Positions 12,275 through 26,178 of a stretch of DNA of 64,000 nt are shown here, one piece after another. The notes under the pieces are model-generated. The model worked only from the letters and a program-made list of their open reading frames with translations, was not told where the DNA came from and did no database searches. The first letter of the stretch is position 1; each line of letters starts with the position of its first letter. A program made the position numbers and the translations under genes. The DNA comes from Thalia democratica (lineage: Eukaryota), in assembly GCA_965202585.1 (NCBI GenBank), contig OZ241832.1, positions 63,116,001 through 63,180,000 of the forward strand, given 5' to 3'.

Positions 12275-14587
12275 TAATAACTATTCTTTTTATAAAATAA
12301 TACTTAATCATTTGATTTCAGTTAGACTACTAAATAGAAGTCTTACTTTTTATTTTATGTGAATTAAAAAGCTTTAATTTAAATAATATTATCAGAATAT
12401 TTTTAATATGAAAAAGGAAAAAATATTTCATTAATTTATTTTGCAAACACTCCTGAAACTGAATTCAAGTTTTTTTTATGTTTTGTATACAACCATATGT
12501 AACTTAAAATAACAAGTAAAAGTTTAATATTCTATAAAATGTAAAATTAGTTTTTAGCTAAATAAATTTTAACACAGTAAAAATACTTTTTTCCAATGTT
12601 TTATAGTTCTTCAGTATTTCAATTTAGCTGAAGGATAAAAAAAAATATTGTTAAATATCATCTCTTTTAAATATTTTTATATATTTTATTCTGTAAATGG
12701 AATAGTCAAGGTTGGTTTGAATTTTAAGTGTTAACTCTGAATAGTAATGATTTATTTTAAATAATCGTGTCAGTTACAATATTTTCTACTAAACTCAAGG
12801 CCATTTTTTTAAAATTAAAACCTTTTTGCCTTAAATTAATAATATTAAAAAAAATTTTTGTCTGTTTGTTATAACTTTGATATTTCAGGTGTTCAAACTT
12901 TACTAACAATACTTTTTTTTCAGTCTTTGGCTCATACTACTATTTCAAATAAAAGTATATTTTGTCTCAAAAAATACCATTTCTGCTATAAGTACAATAC
13001 TTCATTTTATTGCTAAGTATGTATTGCAATGACATTTTTACTGAATTGTTTTTTGCATGTAACACAGCTTTTACTTACTATAACTAGTAATTTTTTTACT
13101 AAACTAAGCTGCAATTAAAAATTAATTAGAAACAATAAGAAGCTTTAGATAATTACAGTAAAAATTTTATTATAGTGAATAATACCAACCTCAAATTACT
13201 GTAATGTGCTCATTTGTATTAAAAAATAGCTTTAAAGGTTAATTAAATATAAAATTCGTCACCATTTTTCTACTACTAAGTATTATATTTTTTTATACAA
13301 TTTTAATTAGATTAAAAGCAAGTTAAATAATTTAAATGTTTAAAACACATTCAGTCTACTCAGCTCAGGATAACTTTCAGAATTCTTTGAAGACTTATAC
13401 ACTGAGACATGTTCGTTTTTATATTTTTCTTTAATCACAAGAAAATTACAAAACTTCAAACCCTTTTTTAGTTGTGCATTTATTAAGTTGTTGAAGTATT
13501 GTGAGCATCAAATATTTTAGATCATAACTAGATAATTTTTAAGTTTTTAGCTTAAGTTTTATTTTAGAATTTTTTTACTTAGCTGATATCAGACTGGTCT
13601 TTTGTCACTCAGACTGACTTTTTTTAACTTCTAAGAGTGACAACTCTATAACAGTCTCTTAACCAAATTGCTATATTGAGGTTTCAACATACTCGTAAAA
13701 TTTCAATTTTTATTTAGGCCTAATAGGGATGTTTTTTTATACACCATTTCCTAACAGTCTGAGATACCTCAAAATTTTAAAGAAGTTTTATATTTTAAAT
13801 GACATTAAATTGATTAAGTTTTAACATTTTGTTATTGCATATTGTTTTTTAATTACTTGATTTTTTTTTTAATTTTTACTAATACTTAAAAAGAAGTTAG
13901 GAAAGTTTACAGTCAAAATAGATAATTTTTTTCACTCCAAAAAGTGACAACAGTGTTAATTTGTTACAAACATTAAAAAAAGTTATTTATGATAAATCTA
14001 AAAAACAATATTATAACATGTTTATGTTGACGACAGCTTAACTTTTAACTTTCGTTTTATTTGTAAGAAATAAATGACAATCTTTCACTATCCTGTATTT
14101 CATGGAGTGCAAAAGTTTAATAAATGAAATTAATAATATGATTCAAATACACAGATCTTAGGTCCAAAAATTTCTGTTCAGGTGCAGCAATATTTAATAA
14201 ACGAAATCTTTATATATGTATTATTTTATTTAGCTAATATTGATTGATTTATCGTTTACTTTTAGTTTAACATTTTAATAATATACAGTAAATAAAAATA
14301 GTATGATAGAAATATAATAAACTAACTTAAATATGTAGTTTTATAATGAAGTGTTTTAAGAACATTGGGTGCTTAGTAGAGATTGTGGAGTTATATTTAT
14401 AAAAATTTGTATCTAAGAAAAAAATTATAAAAATATTGTGGAGAAAAAGTCAAAAAAAAAGACTTACTTTTTAGTGTACTAACAGATAAATTGAATTTAT
14501 TAGTAAGTTATATTCAATATAAGAGCTAAATTTTTGAATAAGTAAAAACAGTTGTTTATAAGAATGTAAATTATTTAATGAAATTAA

Positions 14588-14785
14588 TTAAAAGATATTC
14601 TGTGTTCCTGCCATTAGATGCTTTTCAAAATTAGATCTTAGCAGAAAGAATTTTATTTTGCAGTTTATCGTGCATAGAATTTGATTAACTAGACGACCAC
14701 TGATTAAATTGTTACAAGCTTCTTTATAAACTATTTTCTGTACAGATTTTAAATGATATAGAACTAGAAACTCCTTATTAGACAA
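14588..14785 (-). other. Orphan coding-like fragment (SNKEFLVLYHLKSVQKIVYKEACNNLISG...KFFLLRSN), divergent from Kelch B
   Basis: 65 open codons with a TTG start, possibly a damaged ATG. A frameshifted homolog lies at about 1470-1600, fused directly to copy A. From memory it may resemble the N-terminus of some invertebrate BACK-Kelch proteins (unverified). Confidence 0.3.
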
Positions 14786-15370
14786 TCTTTTTTAACTACT
14801 TATTTTATAATAACTTGTGTTGATTAAAAATCAAAGTCCAACATACTTATTAATAGTTTTAATAACATGATCGATTTTTCAGTTTCTAAATTATATTATA
14901 GAACAGATTTGAACTTAGGCAATGTGGTATGAAAATGTTTAGAAATTATTTATTCATAACTATGTACTACATTGACTAAAGTAAAGAAAGTTTTTTTAGT
15001 TTGTTGTTGCTAATATACTTAAATGATAAAATAATAAACATTACAGTTTTTTAATTGCTAACTATAAAAAAGGTAAAACAATAGAACTAATATAAATAAA
15101 TATTTTTATATCAACTGTTTATAAAAGTTAACTATATTATAAATTTATCATTTGTTATAATTTTGTATAGTACCTAATATTATGAAGCTAGAAGTCATCT
15201 TTGTCTAATCTAACTGTTTTTAGTACACATATTAATATATCAAGAAGTTAAATACAAAACCTTAATAACTTTATTTTAAACTTTCTTTAAGCATTTTGAA
15301 AATTTGTATTGTATTATACAAAATTTAATTTATTGAAAATTGACAATTTTTTAGATTATTTAAAGTTAGT

Positions 15371-15548
15371 ATGAAAAAAACTGCAGTTACACAACACAAA
15401 ACCAACTTAACTGAAAACAATCAGAGTGAAGTTGGTATAAAGAATATAAATGTTAAAGAAACATCAATACAATTTAACAGCTGTGTGAAATTTCTAACAA
15501 TTTGCAAGCAAACTGCAAAGAAAAAGTTACAAGGTTTTAATAAATCTG
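15371..15548 (+). CDS. Kelch copy B, exon 1 (59 codons + 1 nt)
   Basis: ATG at 15371, GTAAGT donor at 15549. Splices in frame (TCT G|GT AAA ATG) to the acceptor TTTTTTTAG ending at 16381. Colinear with the copy C exon, without indels or stops. Confidence 0.85.
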
Positions 15549-16088
15549 GTAAGTAAGAATTAAGATAATTATTTATAAAACTTGCACTAGTCTTATACCA
15601 GTAGTTTAAACTATTTATTAACAAATCTATAAACGTATTTAAAATACCTATTTAGGAAATGTGCTTTATCATTAAAAACACTTGAATTTTATTTTGAAAT
15701 TACATTAATCAAAAAAAAAAATTTGTTCGCTTTACTGAAAAAAAAACTAAAAAATTTCTTGTATTACCAAGAAACTAATAATCTTTAAAAAATGGTAGAA
15801 AATATACTTTTGAAATATTTAGTAATAAAATTTAAAATTTAAAACTGTAAAAATTTTTTTTTATTAAATGAGTTAACAACTTAAACTTAATCTATTTTAA
15901 TAAATTTAAAGGCTGATATATTTTTAGTTATGTTTATTAAGTCAAGTTCGTTGTTGTTGTAAGGATTCTAACGGACCCTTTTCATTCGTTTCATTTTCAT
16001 CATGAACTCCAGTTTATCTCGCACAAACTCTAAAATTAATAAAACGTCTTTTACCTTTTTTTCAATAAAAAAAAGAATGAAGTAAATT

Positions 16089-16283
16089 TAGTGACCTACC
16101 GACTCAACCGAATCCAGTTAATATTTTAAGATGATGATCGTGTCTAATCCACATAATTATTTTTATTAAATTTCTGCCGTATCCGAATATATTGTGAAAT
16201 AAAAATTCGGTCGGATCCGAATGTATTTTAAAATAAATATCCGGCCGGACCTGAAACCGAATACTAGGATCCAGCAGATCATA
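16089..16283. mobile_element. Small hAT-like MITE in the Kelch intron (shared with copy C at 25395-25562)
   Basis: Imperfect TIRs TAGTGACCTACCG / CCAGCAGATCATA and internal CCGGA/TCCG motifs. Present in both paralogous introns. Confidence 0.55.
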
Positions 16284-16381
16284 AAATTTTTATTTTAAAA
16301 CACCAGCAAAGTTCTTATAGTTATTGAACGAAAATAAAATAAAAATTTAACATGAACTAACTTAAAATAAACTTTTTTTAG

Positions 16382-17799
16382 GTAAAATGAAGAATGAAAG
16401 TTCAGAATTTGTTTCGAAAGTTTTGTCAAGTTCATTGTTTTTAGAAAAGGAAAATATGAGTAAAGTATCCAAAGTTATTAATAAGAATCTAGAAAATAAT
16501 AATGTTGTAACTTATTATCAGTTGTCTAGACTTTTCTGCTTACCAGGTCTTTATAAAACAGTGTTCAGTTATATAGAACGTTGTTTTGTTATTGTAATTG
16601 AAACTAAAAACTTTTTAGAGCTAGAAAAATTTTTAGTTTTGAAAATACTTGCAAGTTCTAGTTTACAAATTGATTCAGAACTTGAAGTTTATAATGCTGC
16701 AAATACATGGTTAGATTACAACATTGAAGAACGTAGCAAGTTTGCAAAACAGTTGTTATTGAAAGTTCGTCTAAATCTTTTATCAGAACATGTACTAAAA
16801 TATCTCCAAAATGAGTCTTCATGTATCTCTGAAAACGACGAGTGTGTTGAAATATTGAAAAACAGTGTTAGTACGAATGTGTTTAGTTCTTTTAATAAGA
16901 TTAGACAATGTAACCAAAATATGTTCAATATTCTTATTTGTGGAGGTTTTGGTACAGGACAAAAAGAATCTATTAACCAAGTGAAAGAGTTTTGTGGAAA
17001 TAATTTAGAAGAGCTAAACGACCCTCCTTCAATGTTAGAAAAACGAAATTATTCAAAAGCAGTTTGTTTTAAAGGAGAAGCCTATGTATTTGGTGGGTTT
17101 TGTCCTATATGAAGTGTTTTAAAGTCGATTGAAAAATATTCACCTGTTAGTAAAACTTGGAATTATGTTTGTGATTTGCCTGATGAACGTCAACACTTTT
17201 GTGCTTGTTCATTTATGGATAAAATTTATCTTTTTGGTGGTTATAATTATGGTTCTTTAAAATCATGTCTTCAGTTTGATGCTAAAACAATGAAATGGAA
17301 ACAAGTTGCAAAAATGAACGAGCAAAAATATTTTGCAGCTTGTTCAGTATTTAAAGATAATATTGTAGTTTCTGGTGGATGTTTTAATAACTATAATTTG
17401 AACTCAGTAGCATCATATGATGTTTTTGCTGATATTTGGGCAACAATGCCAAGTATGATTGAAAGAAGAAGTGAACATAGTTTGGTTTGTGTTAAACGCA
17501 AATTGTTTGCAATTGATGGTGCAGGATTAAACACCAATTGTGAAGTTTTTGATAAAATTAACAATATGTTTGTAACACTTAAAACACCTAGTTTTCGTTC
17601 ATTTAACGTTAACTCTATTTCAGTTGGAAGTAAGATATTTGTCTTTAATAATTATACAAAAGTTGTATTATGTTATGATGTTGATAAAGATGATTGGTCA
17701 GAAGAATCTTGTAAAGCTATTGAAAATATTCGTCAATACTCAACTGTCAAAGTTCCTTTGTGTCATAAACTTGATGATTATTATCATACTGATATGTGA
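16382..17799 (+). pseudogene. Kelch copy B, exon 2: BACK + Kelch repeats with one in-frame TGA
   Basis: ORFs 16387-17112 and 17176-17799 are in the same frame, and the only lesion is TGA at 17110-17112 (CCT ATA TGA AGT GTT). About 531 codons if read through. Confidence 0.88.
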
Positions 17800-20700
17800 A
17801 AATTTTGTAAATGTTTAAAGCTTTGAAATTTAAGATTAAAAGTTTAAAAATTGGAGTAATAGTTTTTTTAAAGTTTGCATTAACATTATTCTAATTAAGC
17901 TTTTTAGATGTTTGTTTATCATTTTTGCTAACACTAAATAGAATTTTAAATATGCTAATGATGTTTTCTTCAGATCAAGACGAAAAAAAATATCATTTAA
18001 AAAATAAAACGTATAAACTTTTAATTATTTACATTTTTGTTGTAAAACACTTATGTATCGCTTCTAAAATATATTTTGTTTAAAAAAAAAGTTTACGATT
18101 TTGTATGTAAAAATTTCAAAAAAGACACATTTAGATAAAGCTAGTTTATTTGTTTTATTAATATTATCACATGTCTAGAATTTGTACAAAAATGTTACTT
18201 ATAATAAATTGTATCAATAACTAAAATATAATAAAGTTAATGTATATTGCTTTGATATAGATATTAAAACCCTTATTTTAGGATAAGATTATATTAAAAA
18301 AAAATTATGAAGTATACAAGGTATTAAACTTTTTAAATACTTTAGAGTTAGAAAAAATTTTTGTTGTGCTTGGACGGACTTACAATAAACTTACAGTCAC
18401 TATAATTTTAATTATTATTTGATACAATCTAGGGCTATCGTAAATGTTAATAAAACTAAACAATCTTTTTAAAGCTAATCAAATTTATCCTTATCTTAAA
18501 ACTTATACCTTTTATAGTTGTTATAAATAGTAAAACCCAAAAACTGTTAGTAAACACTTAACAAAAGTATTTATTTACAATTTTCGTATTTTGTTACTAC
18601 ACTGACTAAATTATAATTTATGTATGAATTGAAGCTGTGGGTTAGGGATTAAGCTTTTAGTTTATTTTAGAACCAAAGAATTCATCACAAATACTTAATC
18701 ACGATTAACATTTGTAACGAAGTTGGTATGGTATAACTTTATTTTGTAAAATGTTTAGTTATGAACTATTTATTAGTTTATTAAGATGTTTAGGACTTAA
18801 AACTTTTGAAAGCCGCAGAGTTTTAAATTTTCAAATATTAAAAACTTAATTAATTAAATTATATGCATACAAATTTTCATTCTCAAAACAGCTATTTATT
18901 TTTATCATAGTTATTTCATAGAGTTATTATTGTCGAATGCTGGAATTTTTTTTAACATTAACTTGGTAACAGTGAATAGTTTTAAACACTTGTGGAGAAA
19001 AAATATAAGTGTTTATGTCTGCAAAATGCATTTATTATAAACTTTTGATTTTAGTAGTATAGTTACAATAGTATTACAATTTGAAAACCCGTGGCATTAC
19101 TACCCTTTCTTGCACTAAGGTCTTCATATATGATAAATTAAAAAATGTGGAAAACTTAACTTTTATTGAAAATTAAACCATAGTGTGTTGGTGACCCAAT
19201 ATTAAAAAGTTCAGTTTTGTTTGGCTGGCCATCTGTGGGCAGATTGTTAACCAGACCTTGTTGTATAAATTGTGCCTGCGAGCTAAGTGATACTTTAAAA
19301 AGTGATCTTAAACTGGGGTTAACTTATCCCTGGGAGTATATTCCCTTGTCAAAAGGGGTAAATTTTCATTATTACAAGCTCTGCAAATTTATTGCATTTT
19401 AACTTATAATTTATTGTTTAACTATAATTTCAAAAGATTGAATAAACTCTATAAACTTAACCAATTTTTAGATTTAATAAGCTTATAGTTCTAAAAGTTT
19501 ATTTTTTTTTTTCAAAATTAAACACTGTTTTGGATGTTTGGTGTAAGTTTGGTCATTACTATTCAAAAAAGGGTAATTTGGTAATAAATTTTCGAAATGG
19601 GGTAAAAAGAAAGGTAAAGAACGCTTTAGGGTGTTTACATTTTGGGCTCACTGCAGGCAATATCTTATTTTGACTATTAGGGTTTAATCTTAATAATTTT
19701 GTATAACTTAATATCTAATAGTTACTTTTTTAATACGAGTCTTATAAATGCAGGAGCTACTCAAACTACTATTTAAAAACTAGGCACATGTGTATGGGAG
19801 AGTAACTCTATTTAAAAAATAACTGAATCAATTTAAATAAACTTAAAAATTCTGAAATACAAACTACTTAAATCTCTACCAGAACAAATGCTTCATGTAC
19901 TAAAAATAAATATTTTAAGCAGGTGTAACTTTTGTGAACAAAATACTTTATATTAAGCAATAGATATCAAGTAATTTAAAAATGCAATTATAAAAATGTT
20001 GTCAATGCTTAATTAAAACCTTTATATCGTTTAAAAGGAACTTTCATATTAAACTACTTAAAATAATAAATAGATTGTCCACTAGTGTAGAGACTGGCGT
20101 ATAGTTGCTTCAATCTTACTATCTTAAAACCCTTGTTTGTTTAGTTCTCGCATATATAGTGTTTATGCGGAAGAAAATTATCTGAACAAGCAGTATCTGA
20201 TTGGTTTATTTCTTGATCATACAATACGACATGTGTGATGACGCAACCTCAAGTCAATATGAATTGCGCTGTTCATTAACGCTTGGATGAACATTTTTCT
20301 CAACTTTTTTCATTGCGACAAACGGCTATCAATATGTAATTTGTCTCATTTCTTTTTCCTGCCGTTTCGGAAGAGCATGTTTACACTACTTGTTTCTGCC
20401 GTTTTGTTTGAGGATGATTTCAACCTTCCTTTTCCAATATAAAACAAAATTATAAAAAACAAAATAAGGAAATTAAATAATAGATTTAAATTTGTAAAAA
20501 ATCTTTTATGATTAATACTCGAAAGGTTTAGTGTAATTGCTAGAAATTTTAATTTCAAAATTAATATTAAACATGATTTGCAAAACTACTAAAACAATTT
20601 CCAGTATTATGACGAAGAAAACAACATATAATAAAAAAAAGAAAGGCACCAACATATAAAAGTAATTTTTTAAATGTATTTTTGGGGAAAAAAAAATGTG

Positions 20701-23700
20701 TGTACAGTATTTAGTTTTAAAAAATGTGTTTATTCAATCTGCTTGCCTTTTAGTTAGTTTACTACATTCACTTAAAGTATGTGATTTATTTAATTAAAAG
20801 CTGAATAAAAATCCACCGTAGCTTGATTAAACAAGCATCAGTTCTTATAATAATTGTATTTGCTACTAGTGGCGAAAATACAGTTTCGTTTTAACAATGA
20901 TCAAAACATTTTTAATAATACATTACTCTGCAATTACGGGAGTTTTAAACTTCTTTTATGAAAAAACAAGTAATTTTTTTTTCTTATACTATCTGTTTAG
21001 TTAAAATGGTTTTCTAAAAGTAAAAAAATATAAGTTTGTTATACTCAATAAAACTGATAATTAAATTTAAAATAACAAAAATTTGAAAAAGACTCAAGTT
21101 GAAAAAAACACTATCGATTTAAAGTCATTTGTACAAATTTTTTAACTTAAACTTTTAATAAAGGTAAATTAGATTCACAACATTAAAACAGATTTTACTA
21201 ATGTTGAATGCACAAAAACGTATTTTGAGTTTCCGAACAACTATTAATAAGTTATTATTATTTAGTTGGTTATAAATGATACAGGTATAAATAAGTATAA
21301 AATCTAAGGTAAATTACTTATACACAATTAATAACCGTTCTATTTTAACTATGTCAGTAAGAGTGATTAAAATTTTCAAACTTATTTTTAATATCTCTTT
21401 GTTTTGCTTTATAATAAATGAACAACAATATAATTTTTTTAATCAGGCTTTAACTAATTGATTACAACTTGTTTTATTAAATTGGTTCAGTACTAATTGC
21501 TATTAGTTATAAACAATTTATAACTTGTAGTGTGTATCTTACCTTAGCACTAACCATCAACCACAGTTAATTAGGCAGTATGAAACTTTTTTTTTCTCCT
21601 AATTAGGGCTCATCAGTAAGATAAAATTACAATAAGATGCTTTTTAATTCTAATTAAAAAGTGCATTCGTAAAAACAAATAGTTATGTTGATATTTTCAG
21701 TTGCAATTTCAGTTTGAATTATAGTTAAATATTTTCATTTTTACACTATTAAATGTTTAAACAAACGCTGAACTCTTGTCGATAGTCATTTAGCTTTGTA
21801 TGGTGGTATGAGAACAATTAATAAAAATTAATATAAAGAATAAATAAAATTTAGTTACAAGTAAGTTATAAATTTGATTTTTAAACAAAACCGTAACAAT
21901 AAAGCATCCGTATGTCTAACTCTTAAAAAAGTCAATTTTTCAGTAATCATATTACTTATATCTAAAATGTTCCATAACGATCTTGGTTTAAGAAAGCATA
22001 GTAATGCAACACTTTCTCAAGTTGCTATAACATAACAACTATACTTCCATGTTAATAGAAAAAATAACCACTTAAACATGTTTCACCTGTTTGTTAATAT
22101 TAAAAGAAAAAGTAATAAAGTGTTAGTATCCAAAATACTTCTATAAATTCAAACTATGCTAAAACAAGTCTTGTATTTTTGAAAATATTTTTTAAAATGT
22201 TTCGCTAGAATAGAGTTTCTTAATATGGTCTATACTCTATATGACCCCTTCTAGGGCCATCTTAGCAAGTCGGGAGGCGATTGACTGCAAAAGGGCTAAA
22301 TGGTAGTCATGACTAGTAAAAAAGCCAAAAGGGGATACTTAATTTTGCAGAAAATTAAAAACATGCATTAGATGTTCTAGGGATTGCAATAAGTAGGGGC
22401 AAATATTTATAAAATTTCTCAAAAAAGGGCGTTTATGTTAATTAGTTTCAAAACCTTAACATAGAAAATTTGTCATCGTTTTTTTTTTTGGTTTTGTTTT
22501 ATGTCTACTAATTTTATTTTCTGATTTTAATATTACAAAAAATATGTTTTTATCGATAAATTGGTGATTTAGATTCATTTTTTTAATGACATATCAGTTG
22601 TTCGTATTACGTATTTAACAGAAATGTACTAAGAGCAAATAAAGTTGCTAAATAACAAATTGTTTTGATTTAGTTTTTTATTATGTATAAAAAATATTTA
22701 GTATCATTTTTACTTTCATTACGCAAATATTTTAAAAATAACGTCACGATCGCAAAGTGCTGCTACACTACTCTTATGTGGAGCTGGCGGAAGCGAACTA
22801 CTATTTAAGTCTAATACCGGGTCGGGCAACCACCTTACCCAGATCTGGTGGTTATCTGTTTGAACACCTTATTGATCTAAAAGTCTAACGGTTTTCATCT
22901 TCAACTCTTTTTTAAGTTAAAAGCCAGTCAGAAAGAATTATAGACTACTCAATTGTTTAATAATGACACTTTGTGTTTATCAACAATTTATTCTGCCTAT
23001 AAAATAAATGAATTTGATACTGCTTAAACAAGCAAACAAGCTCTTAATATACACACTAAACAAATTCAACTATTGTAGTTCAAATGACCTTAATTGCTTA
23101 TCATAAGTATCAGCTGTTTATATGTAGATTAAAGAAAATAAAATCTTACACTTTATACTTACTTGGTATGTTGTGTCTTTTTTCAAATTAACTGTTAACT
23201 TTTATTACTGTTTGAAACAGCGACAGATTATAATAAATAAAACACATATTTTAGTAGTATCGGTCTATTTTAAATTATACCCGTGGAAAATAACAACAGT
23301 TTATTAACTATAAATGAAAAAACAAAATTATTTATTATTCATTAACATTAGAAGCATTTTTATAAAAAAATTAACTTATTAAAAAAGTAAAATTTTGAGA
23401 TAAATTGTTTTTATAAAGAAAACTTTTTTTGTTTTTTTTTTTTGATAATTCATCTTTATAACAAAACTTTTGTATAAACGTTATAGACATATGATAGTGT
23501 TTATAAAACAACTTGTCTTCTAATTTATAAAACTTTAAACTAAGCACATCTATTTGAGTATAAAATTATAAAATTAAACATGTTTTCATACAAAGTACTA
23601 ACTTTAAAAAAAAATATTCTCAACAATAAATATCACTTTAAACGTAAAATATAAAACGTGTTCAAAAGATAAGCTTATAGTTCTAAAAGCCCTTGTTTAT

Positions 23701-23915
23701 GTTGGTCTAAAGAACACGTTTTTTATTTATTTTTAATGATTATAAAGATGACAAATTTATAATCTGAAAAACCTCTATAATATTATAAAAAATATAATAA
23801 AGATCAATAGTTATTAATTTTTTAATATTACTAACTAGACTCCTAAATTTTAAATAAATATAAAGTCATCACATATCGCCATAAAAATAATCACATAGTA
23901 AAAATTGTTATATTA

Positions 23916-25294
23916 TTACAAAGGCGCTTTTACAGTTGAATAACCTGAAATATTTTTAGTTGCTTCACAAGATTCTTCAGACCAATCATCTTTATTAACA
24001 TCATAACATAATACAACTTTTGTAAAACTTTGAAAGACAAATATTTTACTTCCAACCAAAACAGAGTTAACGATAAATGAACGAAAATTAGGTGTTTCAA
24101 GTGTTACAAACATATTGCTAATTTTATCAAAAACTTCACAATCTGTGTTTAATCCAGCACCGCCACCAATTGCAAACAGTTTGCTTTTAAGACGAACTAA
24201 ACTATGGTGGCTTCTTCTTTCAATCATACTTGGCATTGGTGTCCAAGTATCAGTAAAAACATTATATGATTCTACAGTGCTTAAATCCGATCCATTGTTA
24301 TATCCACCCGAAACTACAATATTTTCTTCAAATATTTCACAAGCTGTACGTAATTTTGCTTCGTTCATTTTTGCAACTTCGTTCCATTTCAATGTTTTAG
24401 AATCAAACTGAAGACAAGAATTTTAATAACCATAATTATGACCACCAAAAAGATAAACTTTATCCATAAATGAACAAGCACAAAAGTATTGACGTTCCTC
24501 TGGCATATCACAAACATAATTCCAAGTTTTACTAACAGGTGAATATTTTTCAACCGACTTCAAACGATTCCCACCAAACCCACCAAATACATACACTTCT
24601 CCTTTAAAATAAACTGCTTTTGAAAAATGTCGTTTTTGTAACATTAAAGAAGATTCCTGGAGTTCTTTTAAACTACTTCCACATATCTCTTTTACTTGGT
24701 TTAAATATTGTTTTTGTCTTGAACAATAACCTCCACAAATTAGAATATTGAACATTTTTTGGTTACATTGTCTACTCTTATTAGAAGAACCAGAAACATT
24801 CTGACTATCTTTATTATTCAACATTTTGACACATTCATTGTTTTCAGAAATACACGAAGACTCATTTTGGAGATATTTAAGTATTTGTTCTGATAAAAGA
24901 TTAAGACGAACTTTTGATAACAATTGTTTTGCAAATTTTCTGTTTTCTTGTATGTTATGGTTTAACCATTTATTTGCAGCACTATAAACTTCAACTTCTG
25001 AATCAATTTGTAAATTAGAACTTGCAAGTATTTTCAAGACTAAAGATTTTTCTAGTTCTAAAAAGTTTTTAGTTTCAATTACCATAACAAAACAACGTTC
25101 GATATAACTAAACATTGTTTTATAAATACTTGGTAAGTAGAACAGTCCAGACAACTGATAATAAGTTGCAGCATTATGAATTTTTGTTTTTTTATTAATA
25201 ACCATGCATACGTTACTGATATTTTCTTCTTTTAACAACAATGAACTTGATTCAATTATCGAAATATGTTCCGAATAATCATTCTTCATTTTAC
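23916..25294 (-). pseudogene. Kelch copy C, exon 2: BACK + Kelch repeats with one in-frame TAA
   Basis: ORFs 25289-24423 and 24392-23916 are in the same frame. TAA at 24425-24423 aligns with TTA (Leu) in copy B. Acceptor TTAG ends at 25295. Confidence 0.88.
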
Positions 25295-26178
25295 CTAAGA
25301 TAATTTTAATTTATGTTATATACACATTTGGTTTCGTATTTTATTTTTTATTTAACAACTATGAATACTTTAGTCGTATTTTGAAATAAAAACTTATGAT
25401 CTGCTGGATCCTAGTATTCGGATTCAGGTCCGGCTGGATGTCTATTATTAAGTATGTTAAGATATGGCTAACTATTTATAAGAATAATTATGCGGATCCA
25501 GCAGGATCAAATTTTAAATGAATCCGACTTAATCGTATTGTTATGTATCCGGTAGGTGACTAAATTTACTCTATTCAATTTATTTATTTGAAAAAAGGTG
25601 AGACAATTTTTTTGACTGTATAAATTTGTACTTCATATTCTGGACTCCATGATGAAAAGCAAAAAAAAAAGGTTTTGGCTTATTTTACGGTAGTTCAAAA
25701 ATTTACACTAGGCACTACGTAAAAAAAAAAAACACAATAGATATTACAAGAAAACATGTAAATAAAAGAACATTTTAGAATTTATGATAAAAGGCAAAAA
25801 AATGTATTTTGCGTATATTAGAATAGTGTTGAAACAAACAAAAGATACTTCGGAAAATTTTGAAAGATTAACAGGACTCGGCCAGATCTAAATTTTAATA
25901 TAAAACAAGTATCTTGATCCGGCTAGATCCTAATTTTTAAATGAGATCGGACCCTTAATTTAAAATAAAATGCAGATTCGGATCCGGCCGGATCATATTT
26001 TTTTTTAGGTCTGGTATAAAACTTACAAAAACAATAAATTCCACTTTATAATTGTAATTAAAATAATGTCGGCCTTTAATTTACACAAAATAAATTCATT
26101 TTAGTTATGAACTTATTAATTTTAAATTATTTTTTACAGTAGTAAGTTTAGAAGTATATTTTCAAAATAATCTAAATA

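Larger units (their letters stand above)
5880..17800. repeat. Left arm of a large inverted segmental duplication (partner about 23900-31670)
   Basis: Colinear reverse-complement matches: 5880-5990/31560-31670, 6250-6700/30850-31310, 10005-12900/28250-30830, 12900-13330/27790-28250, 15020-17760/23916-27785. Old, with roughly one base in five differing by eye; boundaries approximate. Confidence 0.9.

Noticed and set aside
17110-17112. In-frame TGA as selenocysteine or an altered genetic code
   Set aside because: It falls in a variable loop with no Cys in the paralogs, and no SECIS was seen. The other copies are broken by TAA, and genes here end normally in TAA, TAG and TGA.
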